From the NCBI GenBank assembly GCA_000388065.2, contig KB932204.1: a DNA stretch of 64,000 bases, one strand, 5' to 3'. Origin of the DNA: Fonticula alba ATCC 38817 (lineage: Eukaryota > Protista > Nucleariida). Both the position numbers and the translations under genes were made by a program. Below are positions 24,293 through 37,411 of the stretch, piece by piece (within the stretch, counting starts at the first letter, position 1; each line of letters starts with the position of its first letter). The notes under the pieces were generated by a model. It searched no databases and was not told where the DNA came from. It saw nothing but the letters and a program-made list of their open reading frames with translations.

Positions 24293-25461
24293 GATCTTGC
24301 TGGGGCCCACGCCTCGTGCGCTGAAATCCCGGAAGCCGGCCACCGCCGGACACGCGCCCACGGCCGGCTTGCCCCCCCCCTCCCGGCTCGGCCGCGCCCC
24401 GGCTCCCGGGCGCACATCGGGCACCCCTGGCCCAGGGATCTCACGCCCTCGCGGGGACCGGAGAGCCCGAGGCCTGCCGGGCCGTCGGGGCCCGTGGGAC
24501 GCTGCCGCGCGTGGGCCCCCGCGCCGCCGCCTTTGCCGGGGGACGGCGGAGCGCATCAACACCCCCTCGCGCAATGCCACCTCTCGGCCGCAGGTGGGCG
24601 CGGCGCTCGCGGCACACGACCCGGCCGTGCTGCCGCATGTCGGCCCCCGAGCCGACTCGCGGTCCGTGGCCTGGGATCTGGCCGGCCGGCCGCCCGGGTC
24701 CCGGTACCCCAGCCGATGATCGCATCCTCTCCGACTCCCCCCTCTGCCTTGGCCAATGGCCATCTCATGCTCCGCGCTTGGCTTCCGACGCGGCTCGGTG
24801 CCGGGACCGCGCCTTCCGGGTCGCTGCGAGAAGGACCCTCGGCCAGCGCTCCGCCCCCCCCCCCTGTGGGTCCAGATTCTCCCTCAACGTCGGCCGCTTC
24901 AGGGGTCTCGGCGGCACGCGAGGGTCGACCCATCGCCCGGGGCCGGCACCCTCCCGCAGACCGATGCACGCGGCGCTCTGGGCAGGGCGGCCGCGCGTGC
25001 GTGCTCCTGGCCCGGACCCGGGCACATGGCCACAAGGCCAACCGCACGTCCACCCGCACCGGCCTCCCCCTGCCCGTCGTGCTCCACCACGCTCGCCTGG
25101 GCCCGGGCCCGACTGTGTCCTCGGCCCTCCTCCCGAGCAGGGCACATCTGTCCGGGCTGCAGGACTCATGAAAAAGCCCCGGCCGCCCCGGGGACCGCCC
25201 ACCCCCGGCGGGCCACCACGACTCGGCCGCACGCCGGACGCCCCTCCAGCCTCGCACGGCACAACACCCCCCTCCCTTGGCGCCAACCCCCCGGCACCCC
25301 GATCGGCCATTTGATCGGGGGAAAATACCCCCCTCCCCCTCGAAGGGGGGGCGGCGGGCCCCCCGTTGCTGTCTTTTCTCCCCATGCCGGCCGCCCCCGC
25401 CGGGCCCTTCTCCACCCCCCGCCCCTGCCTGCCTCTCGCGGCGCGTGCAAAAAGGACGATG

Positions 25462-25543
25462 CATCACCGGCAGGATTTGAACCTACGCGGGCAGAGCCCA
25501 TCCGATTTCTAATCGGACTCCTTAACCACTCGGACACGGTGAT
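25462..25543 (-). tRNA. tRNA-Ser(AGA)
   Basis: 82 nt with long variable arm: ATCACCGTGTCCGAGTGGTTAAGGAGTCCGATTAGAAATCGGATGGGCTCTGCCCGCGTAGGTTCAAATCCTGCCGGTGATG; T5 terminator. Confidence 0.96.
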
Positions 25544-26172
25544 CTGCCGCCTGCACGCCTTTTCCCATACTTGATTTCCTCCATCCGGATCTTCGGCTCG
25601 GGCCCCCGGTCCGGGGGCCGGACGCGCAGAAAACGGGGGCGTCGTGCGAACGAGTGGCCGGGGGGGGGGGGGGGGTGAAAAGAGCCCCCAACTGGGGGAG
25701 TCCCCCCTCCTTCGCCCCCTCCTTCCCCCCGTGGAGAAGGCGTGCCTGGCCATGGGGCCGGCCGCCGTCCCCGAGCGAGGGGGAGGCGCAGCCACCCCAA
25801 CAGCCAGCGCACTCCCCGCCAAGGGAGTGCCCCTTTTTGGTGGGCTGGCAGCATCTTCGCCTGGGGGCAGGGCAAGGGACCACGCCCCGATCTGGCGCGG
25901 CACCTCCGGCGGCCGAGGAGGCCCCCAAAGGGGCAGCAAGAGCGAACAACCCTCGCGGGGCACCCTTCCCGGGCGCACCACCACCTCCACGCTCCTTCCC
26001 TGCGGCGGGGGCCGGGAAAAAAAGGCTCTCCCCGAGAATCCGGTTCCCAGGCCGGGCACCCATGTACAAGAGGCCGCCTCGTGCGCTCGTCCACCGGCGG
26101 CGCCCTCCCGGCTGTTTCCCGCGTCCCCCCCTCCCCCATTAACACACACACAGAGACTTTCTTTCTTGACCC

Positions 26173-29100
26173 ATGACCCATAAGCCCCTGCTCTACTTCT
26201 GGGCCGTGGTGGCCGGTGCCCCGACCACGGTCGACCAGGTTGACGCCCCCATCCCCGACTACCAGTGCCTCGAGGAGCACATGAGGTCCACCCGGGCAAC
26301 CTTCATCCAAGGCCAGGTGCTTCCGCTCGGGCCGATTGCCCCACCCCGCCGCCAAACACCTCGCCATCCAGCAACTCACCTGCCCCCGGCCTTCCTCCCC
26401 GGGCCGATGCACCGCCCGGCCGGCTCAGGAAACCCTCTACCTGCCGGGCGTTATCCTCCGGCCCAGGGCTCTTGTCGGCGAATGTGGCAGATTGATGGCT
26501 GGCGCCGTCACGCCCGATACGGTCATCGCCTTGGAAGGGGCCACTCCCGCCATCGATCAGGCCCTCAATGGGCCCAACCTTTTGCGGTGTGCCCTGCCCG
26601 GTCTGGAGCTGCCTCTCCCCGTGGGCGAGCACTTCGTTTCTCCGGCCGGCTTCAGTTCCTTTGCCAACATCCCCACAGCCCCGGTGGTCTTTCGCGTGGT
26701 GCCCGCCATCTTTGCGGCCCTCTTCGCTCCGCTCTCCGGCAGCAACCCCACAGCTGTCGGCTTCCGCACCGTCTCCCCCCAAGCTCTCGATGTGCTTTTT
26801 CTGTGCGCCCTGAGCCCCCCCGGCGGGCAGCCAGCCACCCTCCTTCTCCGAGCTTCGTCCTTCTTCCCCCCCCCCTCTCTTGTCCTTTGGCCACATGCCC
26901 GTATGCTCACCGGGAATCTTGCCCCATGTCTTGATTCGCCCCCCCTCCCCCCTTCACTCACACGCGCATACTCATCTGCAAATGCCCCGCCCCGGGGCCT
27001 TCATCACTCCGGACGTCTCCAAGCCCCGATACCCATTTCGCTTTCCGGTCTGGACCCTGCGCACTGACGTTTGCCGAGGAACTGCAGCGTCTATTTGGCG
27101 ACCAGGCATCCTTGCGCTTGCTTCCCATGTCGCATCCCCCGCCCTTCCTACATTCGGCCTACCTCAGGCAGGTCCCCGCTGACGACATTTCCCTGCTCAA
27201 TTACTCGTCATTCCGCAGCGCCAGCTCTCTGTTTGAGTTGGGCATGCGCCTGCTATTCAAGGGCCAGGTGCGCCGGGCTTCCCGGGCCACGGGTCTTGGA
27301 GGGTGCTGCCCATGCCGCTGACAACCATCTCTCTCTCACTCCCGCACCCCCCTTCGGGCGTTCTCTTCCCGGGCCACCCACCCCTCCGCCCATCTCGCCC
27401 TCGTCGCTTCCCGGTCCTGGGGGCGGGGGTCTTCTTCCGAACACACTGGCACCCGGCCCCCTGAATGGCGCTTCCCCCCCCCCCCCCAGGCACATGTGGA
27501 TGGCCGCCAGTTTGTGCACCTCCTGGATCACCAGCTCCAGGATGTACCCTACGGTCTTGTCCATGAAGACACATGGGTGTCCCCCAAGCTCCTCCGGCTG
27601 CCCGATGTTCAGCTCCTCGGCCAGAAGCAAGACTTGCAGCTGCGTCTGTTGCCCAGTGTCCTCGCCCCCCCGGGCATGGTCATCATGTCCGACCGGGCTT
27701 CCGCGCGGCTTGGCCTCCCGCCCGAGCCCTGTCGAGCGGCATTCCGCACGAAGGATGCCTCCCTGCTCCGGGTGATTGTCCTGTCGTACGGTCCTCCACA
27801 TGTGCCTCCCTCTGGCCATCCCCCCCTTTCGGGTGCACTCACCCTTCACCTTGTTCCCTCTCGCCGCCGCCGCCGCCGCCTCGTTCCCTGCTCGTCGCGA
27901 CCCCGCACACCATCATCAATGCGTGCCTCTGTCACGCCGCATCAGGTCGGCAATGGCCAGCCTCGGCGCCAAGGTCCTCCTGCCGGTTCGCTTCTCATCC
28001 ACCCGTCGACCATCGACGCCCTGGGCAGTCCAGACGCCGAGGTGTTCCTCGGTCCGGACGACCATCAGCCGATTGACCCGTCGGTGCTGGTCGCCGGTAT
28101 GTCCGAATCCCGGCAGCTGGCTCGGGCTCGCCCGGCCACGGTCCACATCGACGGCCGCCCCTGGTCGTCGATGACGCTCCGGCTGGACCAACCCCTTCCG
28201 GCCTGCACTCCGGCCTGCACCATGGCCATCGGCCAGAAGCGGCCCACCGGCTCCGGCCACGCCTTCCACTATGTTCGCATGGGCCAAGGCCCTGCCATTG
28301 GTCTCACGTACGTCCCTTCGCTCGTGTGGCCGACAGCCGCGCTCCCCGGCGGCATGGCAAGCTCCGGCGCACAGACCCTCGCCGAGCACCTGCGCAGGCC
28401 ATTTCCCACACATACAAACACACACTCAGAGAAAGCGAGAGAGCGAGACCAGCTTTCTTGCCCCGGCCATCGACCGCCCTTCGGGCATCTGAACAGACCT
28501 CATCAAGCTGACCCCCCGCCCGCCCGCCCGCCCCCCCCCCCTTCCCTTGCACTTCCCACCGCGCAGATTCGATGACTCCCTTCCCGAGGGGGATATCAAG
28601 CTGTCGGCCGACCTCCTGTCTTGGGTGATGCTGCACGGCCCGCAGCAGTTGGAGCTCCATGTCCTCGCCCTGGACGCGCCCCTCGCTGCCATTGCCATTG
28701 GCGGCAGTCCGCCCGGCACGCACACCGCCGGCCCTGCCGGGGGTCGGCCCGCTGCGAGCCTCCACGCCACAGGGTCCTCCGGCCCGACGACCGGCTCCCC
28801 GGCTTCCCAGGTGCGTCCTGGGCACATGGTGCGAACGCGCGTCCGGACCATGCCTGACCCATGGCGGCTGTCCTCCTTCCTGCCCTGCCCCCCCCGCCCG
28901 CCCCCGCGCGCGCCTATTCCATGACCGGCGCCTTGCCGCCGCTCGGTGCCGGGGTTCAGAATGGCAGCCACGCCACCCACCTCCAGAGCTCCAGCCGCCC
29001 GGCGCATGGTGATCACATCCTGCTGGGCGTTCACGGGCAAATATTGCAGCATGCCACATTGCAGGAGGGGCTCACGCGCACATTGAGCCGCCCCTCGTCC

Positions 29101-32100
29101 CCCCTGCCCCACCGGCGTCTGCCCCATGAATGCCTCGTCTCCATCTCCCTCACCGAGCACTTCGTCGTCACCTCCCGAGTGGACCCCATCCCTCGGCACG
29201 GGATGCCGTGCATCTTCATGCACCCGCGAATCTGGCACTTTCTCCACGAGACCCTGGCCCCCACGCGGATGCATGAGACATCTCCCCCATTGGTGCTCTT
29301 CAGCCATGTCATCTGCGAACTCCAGTGCGTTTGGCCCCTTGTCGGCCTGCTCTCGGGCGAGGGCCTCCTGCCGCTCCAACCACCATCCCTTTCCCTGTCC
29401 GGCCTTGCGGCCCCACTCACTCGGCAAGCATGGCCACCAGTGTCTGGTCGGCGAGCTGCTCCCCGCCAGTGGGCCCCGACCCTGGCCAGGTCGACGTCCT
29501 CCTCCCGCCCACCATCATGCCTCGCGCCACCAAATACCCCAGCCAATCGATCAGCCCATCCCTGTTCCAGATCAAGATCCTCCATCCGGCCCGGGAGCTC
29601 GATGTCCATGTCCAGGCTCCGGGCTGGCCACTGCCCGAGGGCCACTCGCCCGCCTTCATGCAAGCCCTCGTCTCGTGCCTGCATTCTCACATGGCCGCCG
29701 TTCGGGCATTGAGCTCTCGCGTATGTCCATCGACCCATCCACCCGCCTGCCCACGGGCCACGATCGCACCCGGCCCCAGGGTAGACCGCCGCTCGGCGCC
29801 CGGCGCCCCCTCTCCGGGTCTTGTGGCCCACATCCCCCGCGCCCCCTGCGGGATAGGGTCGATCCCCGACGGCTACCCCGCCACTGGCCACATCTGGTGG
29901 ACTTACGTTGCTCCTTCTTTTTAATCCCCCTCCCCCCTCCCCTCCGCTGGCCCCTTCGCCTCCTCGCAGTCCTACGTCCTCCCTGCCGGCACCATCCCAG
30001 GCTATCCGAATGTCGGTGAACTCTACTACAGCATCCCTGCAGGACGAGCATTCGGCCCCGACGACAAGGAGCCCCGGGCCTTGGTCTACTCTTCGGACAC
30101 CATGCTGAAGGTGGTTCTCGGCAAGCCGATGGTCCTCTTGGCAGAGGGGACCGCGCCCCCGACCCACACCCCGGCCCGACTCAAGTTCCTTGCGGTCGAC
30201 ATCCAGACGCCCACCGACCATCCTCTTGCACACCAGCACCTGGAGTCCATGCTCAAGAGTCACATTGCCGCCCATCCAGGCCCCTGTCCCTTGGTACATT
30301 CCCCTTCCCCCCCCCCCCCCTGAGACGGGCCAACTCGAGCTGCCTGTTGCTTGCTGCTTGCCTGCTGTGGCCTTGCATCTCGTCTTTGGCCTCGAATCTC
30401 CTCCTGCCCTGTCATCGCCCTCCCCCCCCTCTCCTACACACACACACACACCCACATGTACATATATTCACGCACACGCAAATAACAGACCGGCTCCATG
30501 GAAGACCCCACCAGTGGGCTCCCAGTGGCATTCCACATCAGGCTGCTGCTGACAGACCAAGGGGCCGCCACTCCAGGAGGACGCTTCGACCCGGGCTTTA
30601 CGGCCATCCACTTCGGACCTCGACCGGGGTCCGGCGCCATCATCACCGACGCCCCAACGGTCTTCCTGCTTTCGTCGCCCAGCCGCCCCGGCCACATGGT
30701 GCCCTTCCAGGTGACACAGCCCCCTCGCCAGAGCCCCTTTTTGACGGACGCCTTCATCCTGCCCGAGCATTACCGCCAACTTGTGCACCTGGCCGCCGCA
30801 CGGCAGCCCTGCACCCTGTCCCTCGGCGATGCCGACCGGCCACATATTCCCCCCCTGGCCTTGAGGTATGCCCCACATGGCCCCATGCGCTTCCCATGGC
30901 CACCCTCGGGCTTTTCCCTCCCCCTTTGCCCTTGCCATTGACGTCCCCCCCCCCCCCCCCTCGCCGAGTAAGAACTACCTTTGACAGCTTCTCCCGGGCC
31001 AATTGCGCAAGCACCTGCTCGACATGTCTGGACCGCAAATTCATCAGCACTTGCTTTTCCTGGGAGTGCTGGTCCACGGCCTCGTTGCCGCACTCGGAGG
31101 AGGCGCCCTGGTGCCATGCCCACCAGGGGCCTCCCACCACGGCATGTGCCACCGAGCTGCAGCCCACCCAGTCCGGACTTCCGTCCTTGATCATTCCCCT
31201 TCAAAACATGGCCCAGTGGAATGTCCTCGGGTCGGTGAGGACATTCACCCTGCACGCCGCCGCCGACCCCACCACGGAGCCTCCTCAACCGCAGTCGGTG
31301 TGTCAGTCCACCGCCAAGGCCGTCTCGCGTCCTTCCTGGCGGCACACCCATCTTACACATGCCACCATGCCAGAGGACCACCCCCATCCCATGATCACAG
31401 AGCTCACTCAGACCCCCCTCCCCCCTCTCCCATGATGGCACCTCTCTCTCTCTCTCTCCCGCTCGCCCGTTAGATCCCTCGCACGCATGGGCTCTCGCCG
31501 GCCGAAGCGTCAGGAGATGCCCCCCGCGACACGGCAATCACCCTGCCTGGCCCCGAGGACCAGCTCCCGGACTCCGATACCCCGGGCCAGTCAGGCCCCG
31601 ACCAAACGTGCGCACGCGTCTGGCCCCCGTTGCTCCAGGATGCCGCCTCTCCCTGACCCCACCCCTCTCGCCACCTCGGACGGGCTCCCCAAGTGTCGCC
31701 GTCATCTGCCTCATCCTGAGTGACTTCTCCGAGGGAGACTACCAACACATGAGTTGGACCCTGCGCCGGGTGCTGTCATTCCCCTCTCTCATCATCAGAG
31801 ATCGGGTATGTGTCTCCTCCCCCCCCCCCCCCCCCCCCCCCCCCCCTGCCGCCTGCCCCGGCCCCCTGGCCACACATCTTCCCTCTCCCCGTCTCGCCAA
31901 GCCAGCCCTCGATTTCCCCATACGACACACTCACAGCAAGATGGATGCCGGCCCTGGCCACTGCCCCCTTGGCAGGTGGCCCATGCATGCCAGCTGGCCG
32001 GCCTCCCGGCCAAGGACACGGTGCTGGCCGACCCTCGCGGCCAGCCGATGGACCAGGGCCACGTCGACCCGCGCCAGACCATGATCGTCTTCTACTCGGC

Positions 32101-33316
32101 CGGTGGCCGGATCAACGGTCATCCGAGCATGCTTTGGATTGATACCTCGGGCCTTCCGGCCGGCCGGCACTTCTTTCTCCAGATCCTGCCCCATAGAAAC
32201 AGCGATAGTCCCATGTCCATGTATGTCCCGCCGGCGGTCCATCGGGCTTTGCTCCAAGCAGCTCCCCCTCGCCCGCCCTCCCCGACGGCCGATGCACATG
32301 GCCATCGCACGCCCAGCCCGCCCATCTCCTCGAATGCTCGGACGCTCCTCAAGTTTTCGCCCCCTGCCGTCCAGTCTCCCGAGCACGCCATGCCCTTCTC
32401 GACTGCGGGCTCTCTGGCGCAAGGTGTCATGGACATCGTCGCCCAGACGCCCCTCCACTTGAATGGCCTGGGCTATGTCCTTCAGTACGCCACGGCTCCC
32501 CCGGCTGCGCGCTGCCAACACTGGGAATCACCCCGACGGGCGATCCCCCCCCCCCCTCCCCACCATGCTCCCAGCTCGGCTTCTCTCCTGACTTCAATGC
32601 ACATTCCTCCGCCACCCGTCGCCACATCCTCCCCTTCAGTGACCATGGCTCCCGGGATGTGTCCTGTTTGGTCCCCTGCCGCTGTTGTGGAGGCCATGCC
32701 CACATCCTGCTCTGCAAACACACACCGACGCAGTGTGTGCCCAACACGCCGGATGAGGCTGCCACATCGCCCAGCACTTTGCTCTGCACCGATGTGAACC
32801 ACATCAAGATCGCACAGGACAATGCACTCGGCACGGCGCCGGCCATCCTCCCGCAACCTCTTCGCCAGGGGGTCGCCATCATGCCATCGACATTTGCCCC
32901 CTTGTCCTTCTCCGGCTCCCTCATCCGCATGACTCGCCATGTATCCAGCCCCAACGCCACAAACCCCCACGTGCCCATTCGACACCTGGTCATGGCTGTC
33001 TCCCTCGACCGCTCCACGATGACGAGCCATCACCCGGATTACCTCGAGTTCCGCGCCCGGCTCTTCCTTACCAAGCACTTTTCCCACTGCACGCTCCACT
33101 TGCCAATGGTGCGTCATACATCAGCCGAACATCCGCATGCCACGCCCTGGAGAGCACCTCGACTGCCTTCTTTCGCGGGAGAGCGACAACAAGAGCCAGA
33201 TCACCCTTCCTCCTGCCCATCTGCCCGCCTTCTCTCGCCCATTAACATCCCACATGTCGATGTCCACGCCTTCGATCATCCTTTTGTGCCTCCTTGCCGG
33301 GGGCCGGCGACCTCTT

Positions 33317-33348
<32 letters not shown>

Positions 33349-33612
33349 GATGTACAGATGTTCCAGACTCCCTATCTCTCTTGTCGGGTCGCTGCCATGG
33401 TCGACGACCAGGGGACCTCCCTTCGCTCGGGCATCTTCATTGGCCATGCCCCGCAAGAGGCGATAGTCGCCCAACATGCCACACCCCATCTTCATGGGCG
33501 CGCCCCGGCGGTACCAACTGGTACTCGGATTTCTTTCATCTGGCCAGGCGGTCGGCCAAGCACATATATCCGGAGGCCGATTAGAATCATTCCCATCCGT
33601 TACCGCGACTAG
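26173..33612 (+). CDS. Large multi-exon orphan protein with repeated motifs reminiscent of CDC48/PEX1/PEX6 N-terminal beta-barrel domains; no AAA domain seen
   Basis: Chain of codon-biased exons separated by C-rich GT-AG introns, from MTHKPLLYFW to PIRIIPIRYRD*. Recurring motifs: GSLLIHPSTIDALG, FDDSLPEGDIKLSADLL, PPGMVIMSDRASARLGL, CIFMHPRIWHFL, AFILPEHYRQLV, MYVPPAVHRALL. Exact exon set not resolved and could be more than one gene. Confidence 0.6.
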
Positions 33613-34420
33613 CCTGCTCGCCACCCGTCGCCTCCCCCTCCCTTTCCTGCTGTTCGAGGAATAGATCATGCTCTTTCGGCCCATTGTTCTCGTCCCGGCG
33701 TGGTTTTTTGCTCCTCGGGCTCGGGTCGCCCGCGATGAATGCCTCCTGGTGTGGCCGTGCTTGCGTGCCCTGTCCGACTGATCCTCGCCTCTCCCTCCGC
33801 ATGGAGCCCACTGCCATGCGAAGCTCACCTCTTTCCGGCGGCCTCCCTCTCCCATGGACGGCGTTCGCCGAAGCATGGCCCCGGTGTCGGCGAACCGCCT
33901 GGCCAGGGCCTGCTGATGGTCCCATGAATGGACCCAAGCGCCCGCGCCGGGCACGTCCAGCCAAAGCCCCTCTCCCTTCATCGGGCGAGGGAGGCCCCGA
34001 GGATGTGCTCTGCTGACCTTGTGTCGGTCCAGCTCCGCGCGGCCAACCCCCCCCCCCCCTCCCAGCCACGGGCGGCAAACACAGCCACAGGAGCCTGGAA
34101 TGGAAAAAGAAAAGACCACCCTTGCTGCTCCCTCGGCTGGACCCAGGCCGCCGGCAAGATTCCAGGCCCCGATGTCCTGGCGACATGGCTACTCAGGCGT
34201 GGGGCGGAGGGGGACAGCCAGCGCCGGGCTCTTGGCCTGTTGAAAGCCACGAGACAATATGGCGACCAGGGAGGGGGGGGGTCATCTTTTTCGCAGGCAC
34301 TCCTCTTGTGGTGCGAGTGGCTGTGCATTTGGATCTCCGGCCCTCTGCTTGCGGCTGCCCGAGGAGGAGCTGCCTCATTCGCTTCTCCCTCCTTTCTCTG
34401 ATCTCATCGTCGGTCGCCAT
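33587..34420 (-). CDS. Possible small hypothetical gene (MATDDEIRERREKRMRQLLLGQ...)
   Basis: Protein-like N-terminus and track ORFs 33587-34186 and 34193-34621; no coherent splice model found. Confidence 0.2.
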
Positions 34421-37411
34421 CGCCAGTCTTCGCGCGGGCCTCTGCTCTAAGGGGGCCGAAGTACGCACCCACCCACCCGTACACACACACACGCGCGCGC
34501 GTGGGCGCGCGCGCGCGCTCCCAGGCCCCAAACGCCCCCTCTTGCGATACCTTCCCGCTCCCGGACCGGCGAAGGCGGCCTCCAAACGGGAGCCATCGGG
34601 CCGCGTGGGCCACACGTCCATTCGGGCATGCCGCTCGATGAGGGTCCCTGTAGGGGCGAAAGAACGCTCGAGCTACACCCAGCCCGCTGGCTTGACAGGC
34701 CGGCGGCCTTGGGCCAGGGAGAGCCTCACGGCACCACATGCCTGGGCCCATCTCCAGGGGGCTGCCTTGTGCGATGACGGCGAGGAAAGTCCCTCTTGCC
34801 CGCCAGTCGGGGGTGCACCCCCCCCCCCCCCCGGAGCGAGTGTCAGTTCCCACCCCGGCCGCAGGGGCGGCCGAGTCGGCCCCCGCAGCGCCAGCCATGG
34901 AGGTCCGGCCCGTTTGCCGTTGCTGGTCGCGCAATCTCAGCGCCCTATGGCCGCCTCCTGACGCGGACCCGGCCCCACAGGCGGGCGTCGTCCATGCTCG
35001 CGGCCTGGCGCCCGAGCGGCGAAATGGGGCATCCTGCCGCAGGCGTCCCTGAGGCCGCAACTCCGCTTGCATACCTCCACCTCCCGGGCCCGGCAGGGCG
35101 AGCATCTGACCCCCTCCAAGCCACGCCGGGCCCCCAGCGCCCGCCCTGTCCGGGGCTCGGGCGATGGCCGCACCCAGGCGCCAGAGCCGTCCCCATGCGC
35201 AGGGCGGCGGAGGACGCCACCGCCCGGGGCCCCTTGCCTGCAACCATGGCGGCCACATCCGCCCGGCGGGCTGGGGATGGCAGCCCTCGAGGACAACCAC
35301 GGCTCTTTTCCATGGGAAGGGGGTGCCTGCACCCCGCCGAACCTCGCGCCTTGAAGGAGACAGTCCCTGGGCGGCTGCACTCGCGTGTCGCACTTCAGGC
35401 ACCCGGCCCAGCCCGCACGGCAGCCCACATGGACAGAGCCCATTCCGAAGAACAGCCATGCGGCACTGCGTCTGGTCGATCCTGGTGACGCGGGCGGCAG
35501 GGAACACACCCGAGCCCCAAATGCCCAAGGGCAGCCCTACCAAAGCCCCGGAGCCCTGCTGCCTCCGGCCGGCCGGCCCTCCAGGGCCCCAACAAGAGGG
35601 ACATGCCCAGGGCAAACCCGGCCCAGCGCCGAGACCCGTGCGGCCGGGTTGAGCGCCGGGCCGGCCGAGCTGCGCCGCACGCGTGCCTTGAAAGCGGGCG
35701 TCTGCTGCCGCGATTCGGCCACCGACGAGCCGGCACTGCAAGGCCGGACGGTCGCTCGCCAGGATGCCGGGGCGCATGGCGCGCGCAGGCGGCAACCGCT
35801 GCCAGCGGCGCACCCAGCCGGTGCCCGGCGAGAAGCATCCCGTCTCGAGATTGGCTCCAGTCTCGAGGTCCGGAGCAGGACAAGCACCCCCCAGGCAGGG
35901 ACATCTATCCGCCCGGCAGTGTGGCCATCCTCGATGGCCAGTCTGTCGGCCGCCCGATGGCCCTGCTTGCCTGTGCTCCTGCGGGCCGCCCTCCCATCCC
36001 CCAAAGACCCTGCATCCCGGGGGCCCGGTGTGGGGTCATTCATCCGTGATCCTGCACGCAAGAAGGTGCACCGCGGCTGCCGGGAGATTGCGAAGCCGCG
36101 CCAGTGCCATCTCCCCGCCCCCCCTGCCCCCCTCCCGCCGGATGCGCGAGTGTCGAGTCGCCACACGCACCGGGGAAGATCGCAAACCGGGCCCAGCATG
36201 ATGGCTAGGATCCTCCCCCCCTTCCTTCCGCCCGAGGCCCGCCAGCCATTTCAAAGAGACCACCCCCAGGGCGGGCCCCTGGGCCTATGACCGAGCCCGT
36301 GCAGGCTGCTTCACCGACATGCCTCCGGTCCATCGGTCCCTCGACCGACAAAGGGCCAGGTGACAGACAGACAACTGCTCAGCCGCTCCCTTCCCTCCGG
36401 ACGAGGCGACTCCCCAGCCCGGGCGGCCATGTGCAATGTGGCCGCCCTCGCCATCGGCCTGCATGCACATTGCTCGGTACCCCCGGCCCCAGGCAGTCGT
36501 CCCAGCCCGGTCGACCACCGTCACCCCGCAACCCGGGCATGGCCCGTGAAGGGGTCCCTGCCACCGGATCACACGCCCTAGGGGGACACCTCCCCACCAC
36601 CGGCCCGTGCATCTGGCGCCCAGCACCGGTCGCCGGTGGCCGGGCATGTTGCGTCCCCCCGCAGGCCAACCGATCGCCCGGGCACCAGTAAACCGTCCCA
36701 CTGACGCCCGGGGCACCGGGAAGTCTCCCGTCGCCGGCCAGTGGCCATATACATGGCCCAGAGCCAGCCACCCTAGCGAGGGTGGCACACCCGGGAGCTG
36801 GTACATCGCTCGACCCGACCGGCGGCCGAGCCCCCCCCCCCCCCCCCCCCCCCNNNNNNNNNNCCCCCCCCCCCCCCCCCCCACGCCCCGTCGAAGTCGT
36901 CCATTTCCCAAGAAGGCCTGCGAGCCATGCCCTCGCGCCGATCTGCCCCTCTCCTGCTGGCACTTGTTGCCTCTCTCCAATGATGCAGCCACGGCAACCC
37001 CAGGGGGGCTCCCTCCACCTTGCCCTCGGGGAGTCCCGCCTCTCGGCGTCGAGGTCGGGGCCGGCGTCCAGCCGCCGGCCGCATGAAACGTCCCCCGGAT
37101 TTACGCCGATTCCCTTTCCCCGACGAGGCACCATGCGCCAGCTCCCAGCGTCGACTCGATTGCCTTCGGCCCGCCCATTGGCAGCTCGTGTTCCCCCCCC
37201 CCCCCCCTTTCCGAGGGCGGGCTGGCAAAATTAGCCCCGCACAAATACGGCCCCGATGACGGCAAACGAGCGTGCGTGGGCGGGGCAAGGGGATATATGG
37301 GGGGGGGGGGGGCAGGGAGTGTCGGACGAGAAGGGCGACAAAAAAAAGGACACAGAGAGAAGAGCAGCGGTCTATTAGGGAGGCTTCGAGGCAGGTGTCT
37401 TCCCCCGACGC

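Noticed and set aside
34400-37400. ORFs of 200-470 aa between the large orphan gene and pelota
   Set aside because: No codon bias, no recognisable motifs and no consistent splice model; treated as GC-rich intergenic DNA.
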